Of a stretch of DNA of 22,975 nucleotides, positions 1 to 9,634 are shown piece by piece. The stretch lies in NCBI GenBank assembly GCA_964534375.1, contig CAZHPN010000057.1, forward strand, positions 8,961 through 31,935, written 5' to 3'. How positions within the stretch are numbered: the first letter of the stretch is position 1; each line of letters starts with the position of its first letter. Source of the stretch: an uncultured bacterium (lineage in GTDB: Bacteria; Lernaellota; Lernaellaia; Lernaellales; Lernaellaceae). The notes below the pieces were generated by a model, which did not search any database, was not told the DNA's origin, and saw only the letters and a program-made list of their open reading frames with translations. The position numbers and the translations under genes are program-made.

Positions 1-1
1 G

Positions 2-1447
2 GCGGGCGGCACGGCGGCGATCGCCACGCTGTTCATTCTCATCATTACGCTGGCCGGCTTCGGCCTCGCGGTGGTCAACGCGCTGGCTCACAGCCCGTGG
101 GGCACGTTCACCATTTTCCTGACGATTCCGATCGCGTTGCTCATGGGCCTCTACCTCTACAAGATCCGCCCCGGCAAAATCGTCGAGACGACGGTCATCG
201 GCGTCTCGCTGCTGATCGGCGCCGTCGTGGTCGGGCACGAGATCATCGGCACGCAAGTCGAACCCTGGTTTACGCTGCATCGCAATTCGCTGGTGCTGGC
301 GATCGCGATTTACGGCTTTGTCGCCTCATCGCTGCCGGTCTGGATGCTGCTTTGTCCGCGCGACTATTTGTGCACCTACATGAAAATCGGCACGATCACG
401 CTGCTGGCGATCGGCATTATCGTCTTGGCGCCGGAGCTGAAAATGCCGACGGTGACGCAATTCATCCACGGCGGCGGGCCGGTGTTCCCCGGCTCGGTGT
501 TTCCCTTCGTGTTCATCACCATCGCCTGCGGGGCCGTGTCGGGCTTCCATTCGTTGGTGGCGTCGGGGACGACGCCGAAGATGGTCAGCCGCGAGACCGA
601 GGTCCGCGCGATCGGCTTCGGGGCCATGCTGGTCGAAGGATTCGTCTCGATGATGGCGTTGATCGCCGCGGGCATTTTGATTCCCGGCGACTACTTCGCG
701 ATCAACTCGACCCTCAGCGTCGAGGCGCTGACCCGCCTGGGCTTTGCGCCTGTGCGCATCGCGGAATTCTCAGCGATGGTCGGCACGAACGTCGCCGGCC
801 GGCCGGGCGGCGCGGTGTCGCTGGCCGTCGGCATGGCCTCCGTCTTCTCCGCGTTGCCGGGGATGAAGAGCCTGATGGCGTACTGGTACAATTTTGCCTT
901 GATGTTCGAGGCGCTGTTCATTCTCACGGCGCTCGACACCGGCACGCGCGTCGCGCGCTTTCTGGTGCAGGAGGTCGGCGGCCGCGTCTACAAGCCGTTC
1001 GGCCGCAGCGCCTCGCTGCCGGGCACGCTATTCGCCAGTTTCCTCGTCGTCGCGGCGTGGGGGTGGTTGATCTACACCGGCAGCATTTCGACGATCTGGC
1101 CCATGTTCGGCGTGTCCAACCAACTGCTGGCGTCGCTGGCGCTCGCGGTCGGCACGACCGTGCTGCTGCGCATGGGCAAGGCCAGGTACGCGCCGGTCAC
1201 GCTCGTGCCGATGACGTTCATGTTCGTGACGACGCTGACGGCGTCCGTGGAGTTGATCGCGCGCTTCGTTACCGAAGCCGCCGCCAAGCCGGAGCACGCC
1301 TTCACGCTGCGGCTCGACGCCGCCTTGGTCGCGGTGATGGCCTGTCTGGCGCTGGTGATTCTGGTCGATGCCGTGACGAAATGGGTCGGCATCCTCTGGG
1401 GATCGCCGGCCGTAAAAGCGACCGGAATCGAGTCCGCCGCCGAGTAG
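2..1447 (+). CDS. cstA: Carbon starvation protein A (CstA family peptide/pyruvate transporter), 5'-truncated by the window edge
   Basis: Frame is open from base 2 ([28 protein letters not shown]...). Multi-TM protein with CstA signatures [58 protein letters not shown] and [13 protein letters not shown]. Confidence 0.95.
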   Translation, partial: [481 protein letters not shown]

Positions 1448-1472
1448 CGCGTCGCCCAACCGCGGTGCGGAT

Positions 1473-1501
1473 TTGCGGCCCGCATCGTTTTGGTCTACAC
1501 T
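1473..1501 (+). promoter_or_regulatory. Candidate sigma70 promoter for the GH5 gene
   Basis: TTGCGG (1473-1478), 17-nt spacer, TACACT (1496-1501); ATG at 1529. Confidence 0.4.
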
Positions 1502-1528
1502 TAATTGGACGATTTCCGGGGCGAATTC

Positions 1529-2992
1529 ATGAAAAAAATTTGGCTGCTGGCCGTCCTTTTAGCGGTTGTTTCAGCGCTCGCCGCCTGCGGCGCCGGCGCG
1601 GCCTCGTCGGCGGGCGCGGACGACGACAACGACATTTCGCCGTCCGTCGATGACGACGACGACAATGACGACAACGACGCGTCGCCGGCGGATGACGACG
1701 ACAACGACGCCTCGCCCGCCGACGACGACTCCAGCGCGCCGCCGCCGATGTTCGACGCGGACGGGCGGCAGATCATGCTGCGCGGCTGCAATTACATGGG
1801 CATGGAATTCGGCTGGTTCGGCCAGACGCAGGACGACTTCGATCGCATGGCCGCGTGGGGCTTCAACATCGTGCGTTTGCCGATCGCCTGGAGCTTTCTG
1901 GAGCCGGAGCAGGGCGTTTGGGACGACACCTATTTGAGCGAAAAAGTCGCGCCGGTCGTCGGCTATGCCGCCAACGCCGGACTGCACATTATCATCGACA
2001 TGCATCAATACGAATGGAGCCCCGCCTTCGGCGGCGACGGATTGCCGAGTTGGACGTGCGAAGAGTTTGCCAACCTGCCGGCGCCGTTCAATGAGCTTTT
2101 TGCGTCGGGCGATTTTTGGGATCACCCCGATTTTCTCGACGATTGGGTCGAGGCGTGGAACCGCGTATCGAAATTTTTCGCGGACCAGCCGGCGGTTTAC
2201 GCCTACGACTTGTTCAACGAGCCGTGGGCCGGGCTGCGGACGCTGCCGTGGGCAATGGAAAATCCGCTGTTGCGGCCGCTGTTCGTGCGCGCGATCCAGA
2301 CGATCCGCGCCAACCACCCGGCGCCGTACATCTTCGTCGAGCCGTCATCGATCAACCAGCTTGGCCTCCCGTTCGTCATGGACCCGCTGCCCTACGCACG
2401 GGTCGTGTACGAGCCGCACGTTTACCCGCTCGGCATCGGCGGCAGCGCCGGTTACACGTTCGGGAAAAACGTGCTCAATTGGTACGTCAAGAAGGCGAAC
2501 GATGAAGGCGCGCGCTTTGGGGCGCCGGCCTTCATCGGCGAAACCGGCATCAATTCCGACGCGGCGAACGCCGGCGATTACGCCCGCGACTTCGCCGATC
2601 TGTGCGACCAATATCTGCTGCACTTCACGTGGTGGGGCTTCTGGCGCGACGATTCGATGGGCCTGCTCAACGCCGACGGCACGGACAAAGAAACTTTTCT
2701 GCAGTACCTGAATCGCCCCTACCCGCGGGCGGTCATGGGCCGGATCGTGTCGTTCGTCTTCAACGCGGACACGGCGGTCTTTACGGTGACGTTCCGCAAC
2801 GACGCCGGCGCGGCGCCCGACGCGCGCATCTTTGTGCCGTCCGCCCGGCACTACACCAACGGCTTCACCGTCGAATCGAGCGATCCGGCGGGAACCTGGA
2901 CGCAAACGTACGACGCGCAAACGCAGGAACTGTATGTGGTCGCCGACCCGAAATCCGCGACGCACTCGATCACGATCAGCGCGAAGCCGTGA
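1529..2992 (+). CDS. GH5 glycoside hydrolase, endoglycoceramidase-like, lipoprotein with Asp-rich linker and C-terminal beta-sandwich
   Basis: Signal MKKIWLL...LAAC (lipobox). Motifs DADGRQIMLRGCN, GFNIVRLPIAWSFLEP, IIDMHQ, YDLFNEP (acid/base Glu), YEPHVY, FIGETG (nucleophile Glu) and RPYPRAVMG match EGCase-like GH5 enzymes. Start moved from TTG 1505 to ATG 1529. Confidence 0.85.
   Translation: MKKIWLLAVLLAVVSALAACGAGAASSAGADDDNDISPSVDDDDDNDDNDASPADDDDNDASPADDDSSAPPPMFDADGRQIMLRGCNYMGMEFGWFGQTQDDFDRMAAWGFNIVRLPIAWSFLEPEQGVWDDTYLSEKVAPVVGYAANAGLHIIIDMHQYEWSPAFGGDGLPSWTCEEFANLPAPFNELFASGDFWDHPDFLDDWVEAWNRVSKFFADQPAVYAYDLFNEPWAGLRTLPWAMENPLLRPLFVRAIQTIRANHPAPYIFVEPSSINQLGLPFVMDPLPYARVVYEPHVYPLGIGGSAGYTFGKNVLNWYVKKANDEGARFGAPAFIGETGINSDAANAGDYARDFADLCDQYLLHFTWWGFWRDDSMGLLNADGTDKETFLQYLNRPYPRAVMGRIVSFVFNADTAVFTVTFRNDAGAAPDARIFVPSARHYTNGFTVESSDPAGTWTQTYDAQTQELYVVADPKSATHSITISAKP
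1619..1731 (+). repeat. Asp-rich low-complexity coding repeat (DDDDND-ASP units)
   Basis: GAC/GAT/AAC-rich stretch encoding DDDNDISPSVDDDDDNDDNDASPADDDDNDASPADDDS. Confidence 0.9.
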
Positions 2993-3010
2993 GCCGTTGA
3001 AAATCAGCCG

Positions 3011-4336
3011 CTAGAACCGCAGCGTCACGCTGCCGCCGAAATTCCACCAATTGCCGCTGAAATGCAGATCGCCGACCTCGTCGGCCGCGCTCGACTTGTT
3101 CATCGTGCGAGGGGTCAGCCATTGGTATTGGGCGAACGCGTCGAGCGACACGGGCCGCGGCAACACATCCCAAAAGCGGCCGAGCGTCACGCCGAAGCCG
3201 CTGGAGAAGATGTGCGTATCCGAATCGACGTAATTGCTGAAGCCGGTCTGATCGGGAACCGGCGTCGGGCGATAGCGGTAGCCGGCGCGCAAGGCCAGGG
3301 TCGCGCGCGGATCGACGATCGGCCGCCCTTCGAAGCCGATCGCCGGATTGTAGGTGTCGTGAAAATGCGGCGGCGGCGGCGACGGACCGTTGAACGAGGG
3401 GAACAGGTCGGCGAGGCCGCCGGTCAGGTACACGGCGGAACTGGGCGCGTCGCTTTTCATCTCGGACCATTGCATATACGTCAGGTCGGCGCTGACGGTG
3501 ATGCGCGAATGCGGTTCGAACGCCAGGCCGAGCTCGAATTGGCGCGGCGAGAAGTGGCTCCAGGCGTCGGCGAGCAGCAGCAGGTCGCTGGGCCGCAGGA
3601 TCGACAGGTCGGAGCCGGGAAACACCTTGAGCGCCGGCACGTGAATGTTCGCGGGCAGCACCAACTTGCACAAGAGCTTCTCGCGGTAGCTGAACCCGAT
3701 GCGCAGCCAATCCATCGGCCGGCTCCAGATTCCGGCGACCGGCGAGAACAGGCCGCTGACCCGGCTCTGTAACGAACCGGAACTCTTCTGGCGTTCGTTG
3801 ATCTCAAAATCGACGCCGCCGTTGTTGCCGGCGAGCATGTTCAGCCCGAAGCCGAGCGACACATAGCGCCACACTTCGAACCCGAGGCCGGCGAGAGCGA
3901 CGAGCGTTTGGTCCGCGTCGGTGAAAAACGGCGAGTGCGGTTGGTTGGCCGGCAGCAGCGAGAAACGCATCATATGCGCGTCGGGCATGAACAGGTCGAT
4001 GCCGCCGCTGAGGCGATGCTCGTTGACCGAACTCGAGACGGTGGCTCCCAGGTTGACGCCGCGGCAGCTCTCCATGTTGAAGCGCGCGCCGTTCAACGTC
4101 ATGTTGGGGATCGCGTCGGCATACCCAACGTCGAACTGCACGCGGTGGACCTGCGTGAGCGCGGCGATGTTGTAGTAATAGCCGGCGGCGTCGTCGCCGA
4201 GCGCGGCGTACGCGCCGCCCATGGCCACGGCGCGCGCGCCGGCGCCGAAAAATTCGAACGGCCCCGCCCAGGCCGCCGCCGGAAGCAGCAGCAAAATCAG
4301 GCCCAGGACAAGGCGTCGGCGCATGCGCTTACTCAT
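3011..4336 (-). CDS. FadL/OmpP1/TodX-family outer-membrane transporter (copy 2)
   Basis: Signal peptide ending AAAWA, then FadL hatch motif GAGARAVAMGGAYAALGDDAAGYYYNIAAL; LRAGYRYRPTPVP and NYVDSD motifs; C-terminal beta-signal VTLRF. Confidence 0.88.
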   Translation of the reverse strand: MSKRMRRRLVLGLILLLLPAAAWAGPFEFFGAGARAVAMGGAYAALGDDAAGYYYNIAALTQVHRVQFDVGYADAIPNMTLNGARFNMESCRGVNLGATVSSSVNEHRLSGGIDLFMPDAHMMRFSLLPANQPHSPFFTDADQTLVALAGLGFEVWRYVSLGFGLNMLAGNNGGVDFEINERQKSSGSLQSRVSGLFSPVAGIWSRPMDWLRIGFSYREKLLCKLVLPANIHVPALKVFPGSDLSILRPSDLLLLADAWSHFSPRQFELGLAFEPHSRITVSADLTYMQWSEMKSDAPSSAVYLTGGLADLFPSFNGPSPPPPHFHDTYNPAIGFEGRPIVDPRATLALRAGYRYRPTPVPDQTGFSNYVDSDTHIFSSGFGVTLGRFWDVLPRPVSLDAFAQYQWLTPRTMNKSSAADEVGDLHFSGNWWNFGGSVTLRF

Positions 4337-5666
4337 AGTCGAACGGGACGCTCAACGAGGCGCCCACGGCGTAAAGCCAGCCGCGGAACCCGACTTTCGG
4401 ATAGCCGGGATTGCTCGGATCGACGTCGGCGTCTTTGTACGCCACGCGCGGCGGCAGGTACTGGAGTTGGCCGCCGAGGTCGAAGACCACTGGCACGGCA
4501 AAATGATAGGAGCCGGCGCTGAGCCAGCGCCAACCGACGGACGCGGCGCCGATCCAGCGGTCGGCGTCGAGATAATTCGTGTCGCCGCGTTGCGGCGGGA
4601 CGGGCGAAGGCTCGTAGGCCGCGCCGAACCGGGTGAAAAAAGTTCCGCTGCCGCCGCGCCACGCCGTCGCTTCGGCGCCGGTGCGCAGCGACACGGTGTC
4701 GTGAAATCCGGGCCGCACCGACGAGCTGTTTTGCAGCGTGATCGGCAGCACCGGCACGTGCAGGCGGATCGTCATGTGGAGGGTCGGATCGGGGAAATCG
4801 GACCATTGGTTGTACGAGCCGTCCAGCGCGAGCAGCCAGCGGTCGAACGCGTACGACAGGCCGGCGACGAACTCGCGCGGCGTGTAGAGGCTGATCGCCT
4901 TGAAGTTGGCGACCATCGGCACGCCGGCCAGGTACGTCGCCACCGGCACTTGGTAGCTCGTGAAAAACCGGTCGCGAAACACGAACCCGAACTGCAGACC
5001 GTCGACCGCCGGCCAGATCTTGCCGGGCCGGAAGAGCAGGCCGGCCGTCGGCACGTACGTCGCGCGCAATTCCTGCGTGACTGTCGCTGCGATCGAGCCG
5101 TCCGGATTGATGCTGCCGTGCCAGTTGCCGGTCGTGTTGTCGAAGATCTGGACGCCGCCGCCGACCGACAACCCTTCCAGAATTTTCACGCTCGCCGCCG
5201 GAAACATCGCCACGCCGCGGCCCGACTCCTGCAAGAGCAAGAGCTGCGGGGCCGTCGGATACGGCACGTTGATGCCCAGCAGCACCGCGTTCGGCAATTG
5301 CAGGGCGACCTCGATCGCAATGCGGTCCTTCAGGAAACCGCCGAACGGCACCGGTATCACCGCGCCGATCATGAAATCCTGGGTTTGATCGAGTTTCGGC
5401 GCTCGCACGCCGATCCCTTGCAGCGCCGAGCCGGTGAACATGTAACCGAGGCCGATGCTCGCCTGCGGCTGAAACGCGGCGCCGGCCGGATTGTAGTACG
5501 CCGCCGCGAAATCGTCGGCGACGGCCGTCATCGCGCCGCCCATGCCGATGCCGCGCGGCGAAAAACCGTAGGCGGAGAGAATGTCGGCGTGCGCCGCGGC
5601 CCACGGCGCGCACACCATGATCGACGCCATCAGAAAAGAACCAATTCTGCGTTTACACTCGGCCAT
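4329..5666 (-). CDS. FadL/OmpP1/TodX-family outer-membrane transporter (copy 1)
   Basis: Signal ending AAAHA, then YGFSPRGIGMGGAMTAVADDFAAAYYNPAG; RFGAAYEPSPVP and TNYLDADR. Start set to ATG 5666 because a promoter-like motif lies just upstream. Overlaps the next gene by 8 nt. Confidence 0.88.
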   Translation of the reverse strand: MAECKRRIGSFLMASIMVCAPWAAAHADILSAYGFSPRGIGMGGAMTAVADDFAAAYYNPAGAAFQPQASIGLGYMFTGSALQGIGVRAPKLDQTQDFMIGAVIPVPFGGFLKDRIAIEVALQLPNAVLLGINVPYPTAPQLLLLQESGRGVAMFPAASVKILEGLSVGGGVQIFDNTTGNWHGSINPDGSIAATVTQELRATYVPTAGLLFRPGKIWPAVDGLQFGFVFRDRFFTSYQVPVATYLAGVPMVANFKAISLYTPREFVAGLSYAFDRWLLALDGSYNQWSDFPDPTLHMTIRLHVPVLPITLQNSSSVRPGFHDTVSLRTGAEATAWRGGSGTFFTRFGAAYEPSPVPPQRGDTNYLDADRWIGAASVGWRWLSAGSYHFAVPVVFDLGGQLQYLPPRVAYKDADVDPSNPGYPKVGFRGWLYAVGASLSVPFDYE

Positions 5667-5700
5667 GCCTTTGACGCCGATCGCCGCGGTTGATCGGCGG

Positions 5701-5729
5701 ATAGTACGGTTTTCGGCGCGGACGCACAA
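5701..5729 (-). promoter_or_regulatory. Candidate sigma70 promoter for the fadL-like pair
   Basis: Minus strand TTGTGC (5729-5724), 17-nt spacer, TACTAT (5706-5701). Confidence 0.5.
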
Positions 5730-5878
5730 GCGATAACGGCGACGGAGCCGCGCGGCGCTGAATCGTTTCGCGTTCATGCCGGCCGTGGGGCCGGCGAAAG
5801 GCCCTGGGCGCGGTTGTCGCCGCCGATCCGACGTGGCACAATAGCCAAAATATCCGCGCAAACGCCGGGAGGTTGGTC

Positions 5879-6664
5879 ATGCGTCGACGCCTGTGGTGGC
5901 TCGTTGTTTTGGGGTTGTTGGCTGCGGCCGTGTGGGCCGCGGCGGACGACCTCGACGGCCCGGCTATCGTCCGCAAGATGGCCAAGCAAAACGAGAGCAC
6001 GTCGTTAGTGACGAAGGCGAAGATGATCGTCGTCGACGCCGGCGGCAAGGAACGCATCCGCGATTTGATCATGCGTTCGAAAATGGTGAACAATCTGCGC
6101 AATTCGGTGACGACGTTCCTCTCGCCGCCGGACGTGCGCGGCGTGAAATTTCTCGTCATCGAAAACAAGAACGGCGACGACGATCAGCGCATTTTTCTGC
6201 CCGAGTTGAAGCGCGTGCGGCGCATCACCTCGTCGAACAAATCGGGCAGCTTCATGGGCTCGACGTTTTCCTACGCCGACCTGCAAACGCCCAACCCCGA
6301 CAAGGGCAAGCACAAGCGGCTGCCCGACCAACAAATGGGCGGCTTCGACTGCTACACCGTCGAGAGCACGTCGAAAAATCCGGATGATTACGTCTACGGC
6401 CGCTTCATTTATTGGGTGCGGAAAGACAACTTCATGCCCGTGCGCGCCGATTTCTACGACAAGAAAAACGCGCCGCTGAAGGTGCTGGAAATCTCGGACT
6501 TCCAACAGCGCACCGACGGCACGTGGTACGCCAAGCGCACGAAGATGACCAACGTGCAGGACAAAACCTCGACGACGCTCGAAGTCAGCGACTACCAGGT
6601 CGGCGCGGCGATCGACGACGAGTACTTCAGCGAGCGGTTCCTCGCCGACGAAAACCGCGAGTAG
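5879..6664 (+). CDS. LolA-like outer membrane lipoprotein-sorting family protein
   Basis: GGAGG SD at 5868-5872 before ATG 5879; signal peptide ending AVWA; motifs FLSPPDVRGVKFL, DDDQRIFLPELKRVRRI, SFMGSTFSYADL, DFYDK...LK and FSERFL. Confidence 0.9.
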   Translation: MRRRLWWLVVLGLLAAAVWAAADDLDGPAIVRKMAKQNESTSLVTKAKMIVVDAGGKERIRDLIMRSKMVNNLRNSVTTFLSPPDVRGVKFLVIENKNGDDDQRIFLPELKRVRRITSSNKSGSFMGSTFSYADLQTPNPDKGKHKRLPDQQMGGFDCYTVESTSKNPDDYVYGRFIYWVRKDNFMPVRADFYDKKNAPLKVLEISDFQQRTDGTWYAKRTKMTNVQDKTSTTLEVSDYQVGAAIDDEYFSERFLADENRE

Positions 6665-6674
6665 CCGCGCGCGG

Positions 6675-8177
6675 ATGAAGCGCTCGACGCCGTCGGTCCG
6701 GCCGCTGGCCCTGGCGCTGCTCGTCGTGGCGCTCGCGGCCGGCGCGGGGCGGGCCGACGACAGCGAAGTCCGCACGAAATTCGAAGGGCAGCTCGCCTAC
6801 AAGACCGCGCTCGACACCAATTGGGACCCCGTCAGCCGCGACCCGTGGTGGAACGACGTGTACGCCTTCGCCGCCGCGTCGGCCGCCTGGGGGGCGAATT
6901 TCGGCGCGCGCGCCGCGGGGCTGTTCGAGTACCGCCTCGACGTCGGCAAGAAGGCGCAGGGCCTGGCGATTCCGGAATTGCGCGAGTTGTACGGCAAGGT
7001 CCGCCTGGGCAAGCTCGACGTATTCTTCGGCCAGCAGATCACGTCATGGGCGGCGACCGATGTGTTCAGCGTCATCGATCGCCTGAATCCGTACGACTAC
7101 AGCCGCGTTCTCGACTCGGAACTGCCGTACGCGCGGCTCGGCACGCCGATGATCCGGCCGGTGCTCTATCTCGATCCGGTGCAGCTCGAAGCGGCGTACC
7201 TGCCGCTGTTCACGCCGTCGCGCTTCAACATCGTCGGCAACGATTGGGCGTTGGTGGGCCGCAATTTCCCGCTCGGCTATCTCTTTCACGACATGGCGAC
7301 CAGCCAAAGCTGGCAGCGCGAGCTGAAACTCATCGACCAATGGGTTCCGCAATGGCAGAACACGCTGCAAGTGCTGCTCAACGATCCCGGCTATTACGCC
7401 GACCACACGCAGCTTCCCGATCAGAACTTGCTCGCGCCGCAAGCGGCCGCCCGCGTGAAGTTCACCTCGTCGGCGATCGACGTCTCGGCCGCGTACTACT
7501 ACATCTGGGACGACCTGCCAACGCTGCACCTTAATCCGCTCTTGAGCGCGCTGCAACGCGAAACGCTGGCGGCCGGCCCGAATTCGCTGCCGCCGTTCTC
7601 GCCGAGCCTGCTGACCTCTTCGGCCGCGACCGCGCCGTTCGAACTGACGTACCATCGCCTGCAAACCGCCGGGCTCGGCTTATCGAGCAGCGTGTACAAC
7701 ATCGGCCTGCGCGCCGACGGCGGCGTCGACATCGGCCGCTGGCACTACCGCACGGATTTCACCGCGGCGCAGCGCACGCAGGCGCGCTGGAGTTTCAACG
7801 CCGACTACACCTTCGCGCACGACGTATTCTTCGAAGCCGTGCTGCTGCAGGCGTTTCTGTTCGATCGCGACCCGAGCTTCCTGGAGCGCGCCTGGACGAA
7901 CGTCCCCGGCTTCGCCCTGCGCGCGCCGTTCCTCGCCGGCAAGTTCCAATGGGAAAGCATCGTGTTGGTGGACCTGTCATACATGCGCGATCGCGACTGG
8001 CGCCACGGCCAGATTTTTCACAGCGGCTGGGTGGTCGGCCCGATGCTCACCTACAGCATCACCGATCCGTTGCGCGTCAGCGTCGGCGCCAACCTCCTCG
8101 GCGGCGCCAACTACACGTTGATCGGCCAGATGTCGGGCAACAGCCGCGTGTTTACGGAAGTTCGCTGGGGGTTCTGA
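6675..8177 (+). CDS. Putative outer-membrane beta-barrel protein (DUF1302-like)
   Basis: Signal peptide ending AGRA; ELRELY...GQQITSW-ATDVFSVIDRLNPYD motif; amphipathic strands; C-terminal RVFTEVRWGF beta-signal; 10 nt downstream of the LolA-like gene. Confidence 0.7.
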   Translation: MKRSTPSVRPLALALLVVALAAGAGRADDSEVRTKFEGQLAYKTALDTNWDPVSRDPWWNDVYAFAAASAAWGANFGARAAGLFEYRLDVGKKAQGLAIPELRELYGKVRLGKLDVFFGQQITSWAATDVFSVIDRLNPYDYSRVLDSELPYARLGTPMIRPVLYLDPVQLEAAYLPLFTPSRFNIVGNDWALVGRNFPLGYLFHDMATSQSWQRELKLIDQWVPQWQNTLQVLLNDPGYYADHTQLPDQNLLAPQAAARVKFTSSAIDVSAAYYYIWDDLPTLHLNPLLSALQRETLAAGPNSLPPFSPSLLTSSAATAPFELTYHRLQTAGLGLSSSVYNIGLRADGGVDIGRWHYRTDFTAAQRTQARWSFNADYTFAHDVFFEAVLLQAFLFDRDPSFLERAWTNVPGFALRAPFLAGKFQWESIVLVDLSYMRDRDWRHGQIFHSGWVVGPMLTYSITDPLRVSVGANLLGGANYTLIGQMSGNSRVFTEVRWGF

Positions 8178-8201
8178 GCCCCGAACAAAGAGACGTCTAG
8201 A

Positions 8202-8232
8202 ACAACAGATTTGTCGACAACAAATCGGTTGT
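8202..8232. terminator. AT-rich hairpin between convergent genes, possible terminator or protein-binding site
   Basis: ACAAC-A-GATTTG / TCGACAA loop / CAAATC-G-GTTGT; contains the palindrome TTGTCGACAA. No clear U-tract. Confidence 0.35.
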
Positions 8233-8294
8233 CGAGCGTCCGATCGCATCCATGTTCTTTTTCCGCGAATCGCGACCGTATCCCGATCGGCCGG

Positions 8295-9407
8295 CTAATG
8301 ATCGTTCGCGTTCCGATAATCGCCGCCGATTTCGACTCCGGCGGAGGTCGCCCATGTCGCCGCTTGCTCGGTCGCCTGGCCGTCGTCGACCGCGACCGCC
8401 TGCGCCCAGACCTGGCCGCGCAGCGCGACGAGCGCGTCGGGCACGAAACCGTTGGCGGTCGGCGCGGGCGGCGCGACCGGCGGGTCGCCGGCAAAATAGC
8501 CCCGCAAATGGAATTGCCTGTCCGGCTGGAAGAGCCCGACGGCGACGCTCGCCGCGTCGGCGTTGACGGCGATTTGCACGCCCGTGTTCAAGTCCTGCGA
8601 CCGCGCCTCATAACGCGTGGCGCCGACGCGCCAGACGAACATGCCGCTCGGCACGCCTCCGAGGAGGCCGCCGGCGAAGGCGAAGGCGTCGCCCGGGTTC
8701 GGGAAGTCGCTGGCCTGCAGCCAGACGTACGCCGACGGCAGCGCGTCGCCCCAGAATTTGTCCTGGTAAATCGCGGCGCCGTCGAAGTCGACCGTTTCAT
8801 CGCCCCACGTCACCGACCCCGTCGCGCGGCCGCGCAACATGCCGACGTACCAGTTGATCGACGACAATGGCAGGTTGGTCAGCGCGCCCATCGTGTCGGT
8901 CCACGTTTCTTCGAGTTCGATGGTCAAATTCCAGCGCACGGCGCCGTCGTCGCCGGCTAACGAACCGCCGATCTGCTCCAGGCTCGCGCTATTGGCCCCG
9001 ACCTGCACCTCGAGATCCTGATTGCTCGCCACGAACCGGTCGAGCGGAAAAGTTCCTTGCGCCAGCCGCCCGCCGCTGCCCATGGCGATGAGGAACGCCT
9101 CGCTGTCGGCGGCGTCGAGCGCGCCCGGGTTGCGTACTCCGTAGCAGAACGCGAACGCCTCGCCGCTGGGCGCGATCACGCGGAAGAACCATTCCTCGAA
9201 ATAGGGGTCGTCGAGGCCGTTCCAGTGGTAGCGATTGGGGTCGGTCGACGGCCAATTGATCGGCAGACCGTTTTGTCCGGCGTAGGGGTTGGCCTGGTCC
9301 GCGACGCACGCCGCGAGCGCGAGCGAACCGAGGACGAGCAGCGCCGCGACCAACAATGCGGCGCTCGGCGTCGCCGATTCGGGTAGGAATGCCGTAAATC
9401 GCTTCAC
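8295..9407 (-). CDS. Tocopherol cyclase family lipoprotein
   Basis: Lipobox LAAC; motifs PYFEEWFFRV...AFAFCYGVRNP, WYVGMLRGRATGSVTW and IYQDKFWGDALPSAYVWLQASDF typical of the tocopherol cyclase (VTE1-like) family. GTG start. Confidence 0.8.
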   Translation of the reverse strand: MKRFTAFLPESATPSAALLVAALLVLGSLALAACVADQANPYAGQNGLPINWPSTDPNRYHWNGLDDPYFEEWFFRVIAPSGEAFAFCYGVRNPGALDAADSEAFLIAMGSGGRLAQGTFPLDRFVASNQDLEVQVGANSASLEQIGGSLAGDDGAVRWNLTIELEETWTDTMGALTNLPLSSINWYVGMLRGRATGSVTWGDETVDFDGAAIYQDKFWGDALPSAYVWLQASDFPNPGDAFAFAGGLLGGVPSGMFVWRVGATRYEARSQDLNTGVQIAVNADAASVAVGLFQPDRQFHLRGYFAGDPPVAPPAPTANGFVPDALVALRGQVWAQAVAVDDGQATEQAATWATSAGVEIGGDYRNANDH

Positions 9408-9605
9408 CTACTGCCTCGCGCGGCGGGAACGATCCCGCGCTCAGTCAAATAATCCGAAGACGCCATAGTTGTTTTTATAGTTGCGCACCCGGTCCTTGCC
9501 GTCAAGATTCGTTTGCGGCCGCAACGCGCGGCCGATTTCGGCGGACCGCGAGCCGCGGGCGCGCGTCGCAGAACCGATTTGGGGCGGTCAAGTTGCGCGT
9601 TTGCG

Positions 9606-9634
9606 TTGACAGGTCGGAGACGATCTTCTAAGAT
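9606..9634 (+). promoter_or_regulatory. Sigma70-type promoter for the SRPBCC gene
   Basis: TTGACA (9606-9611), 17-nt spacer, TAAGAT (9629-9634); near consensus. Confidence 0.7.

Noticed and set aside
5667..5861. Extended N-termini in the ORF track (5861, and likewise 1505, 10517, 11704, 15100, 16709, 20651)
   Set aside because: Downstream starts place signal peptides at the N-terminus and/or have SD or promoter support.
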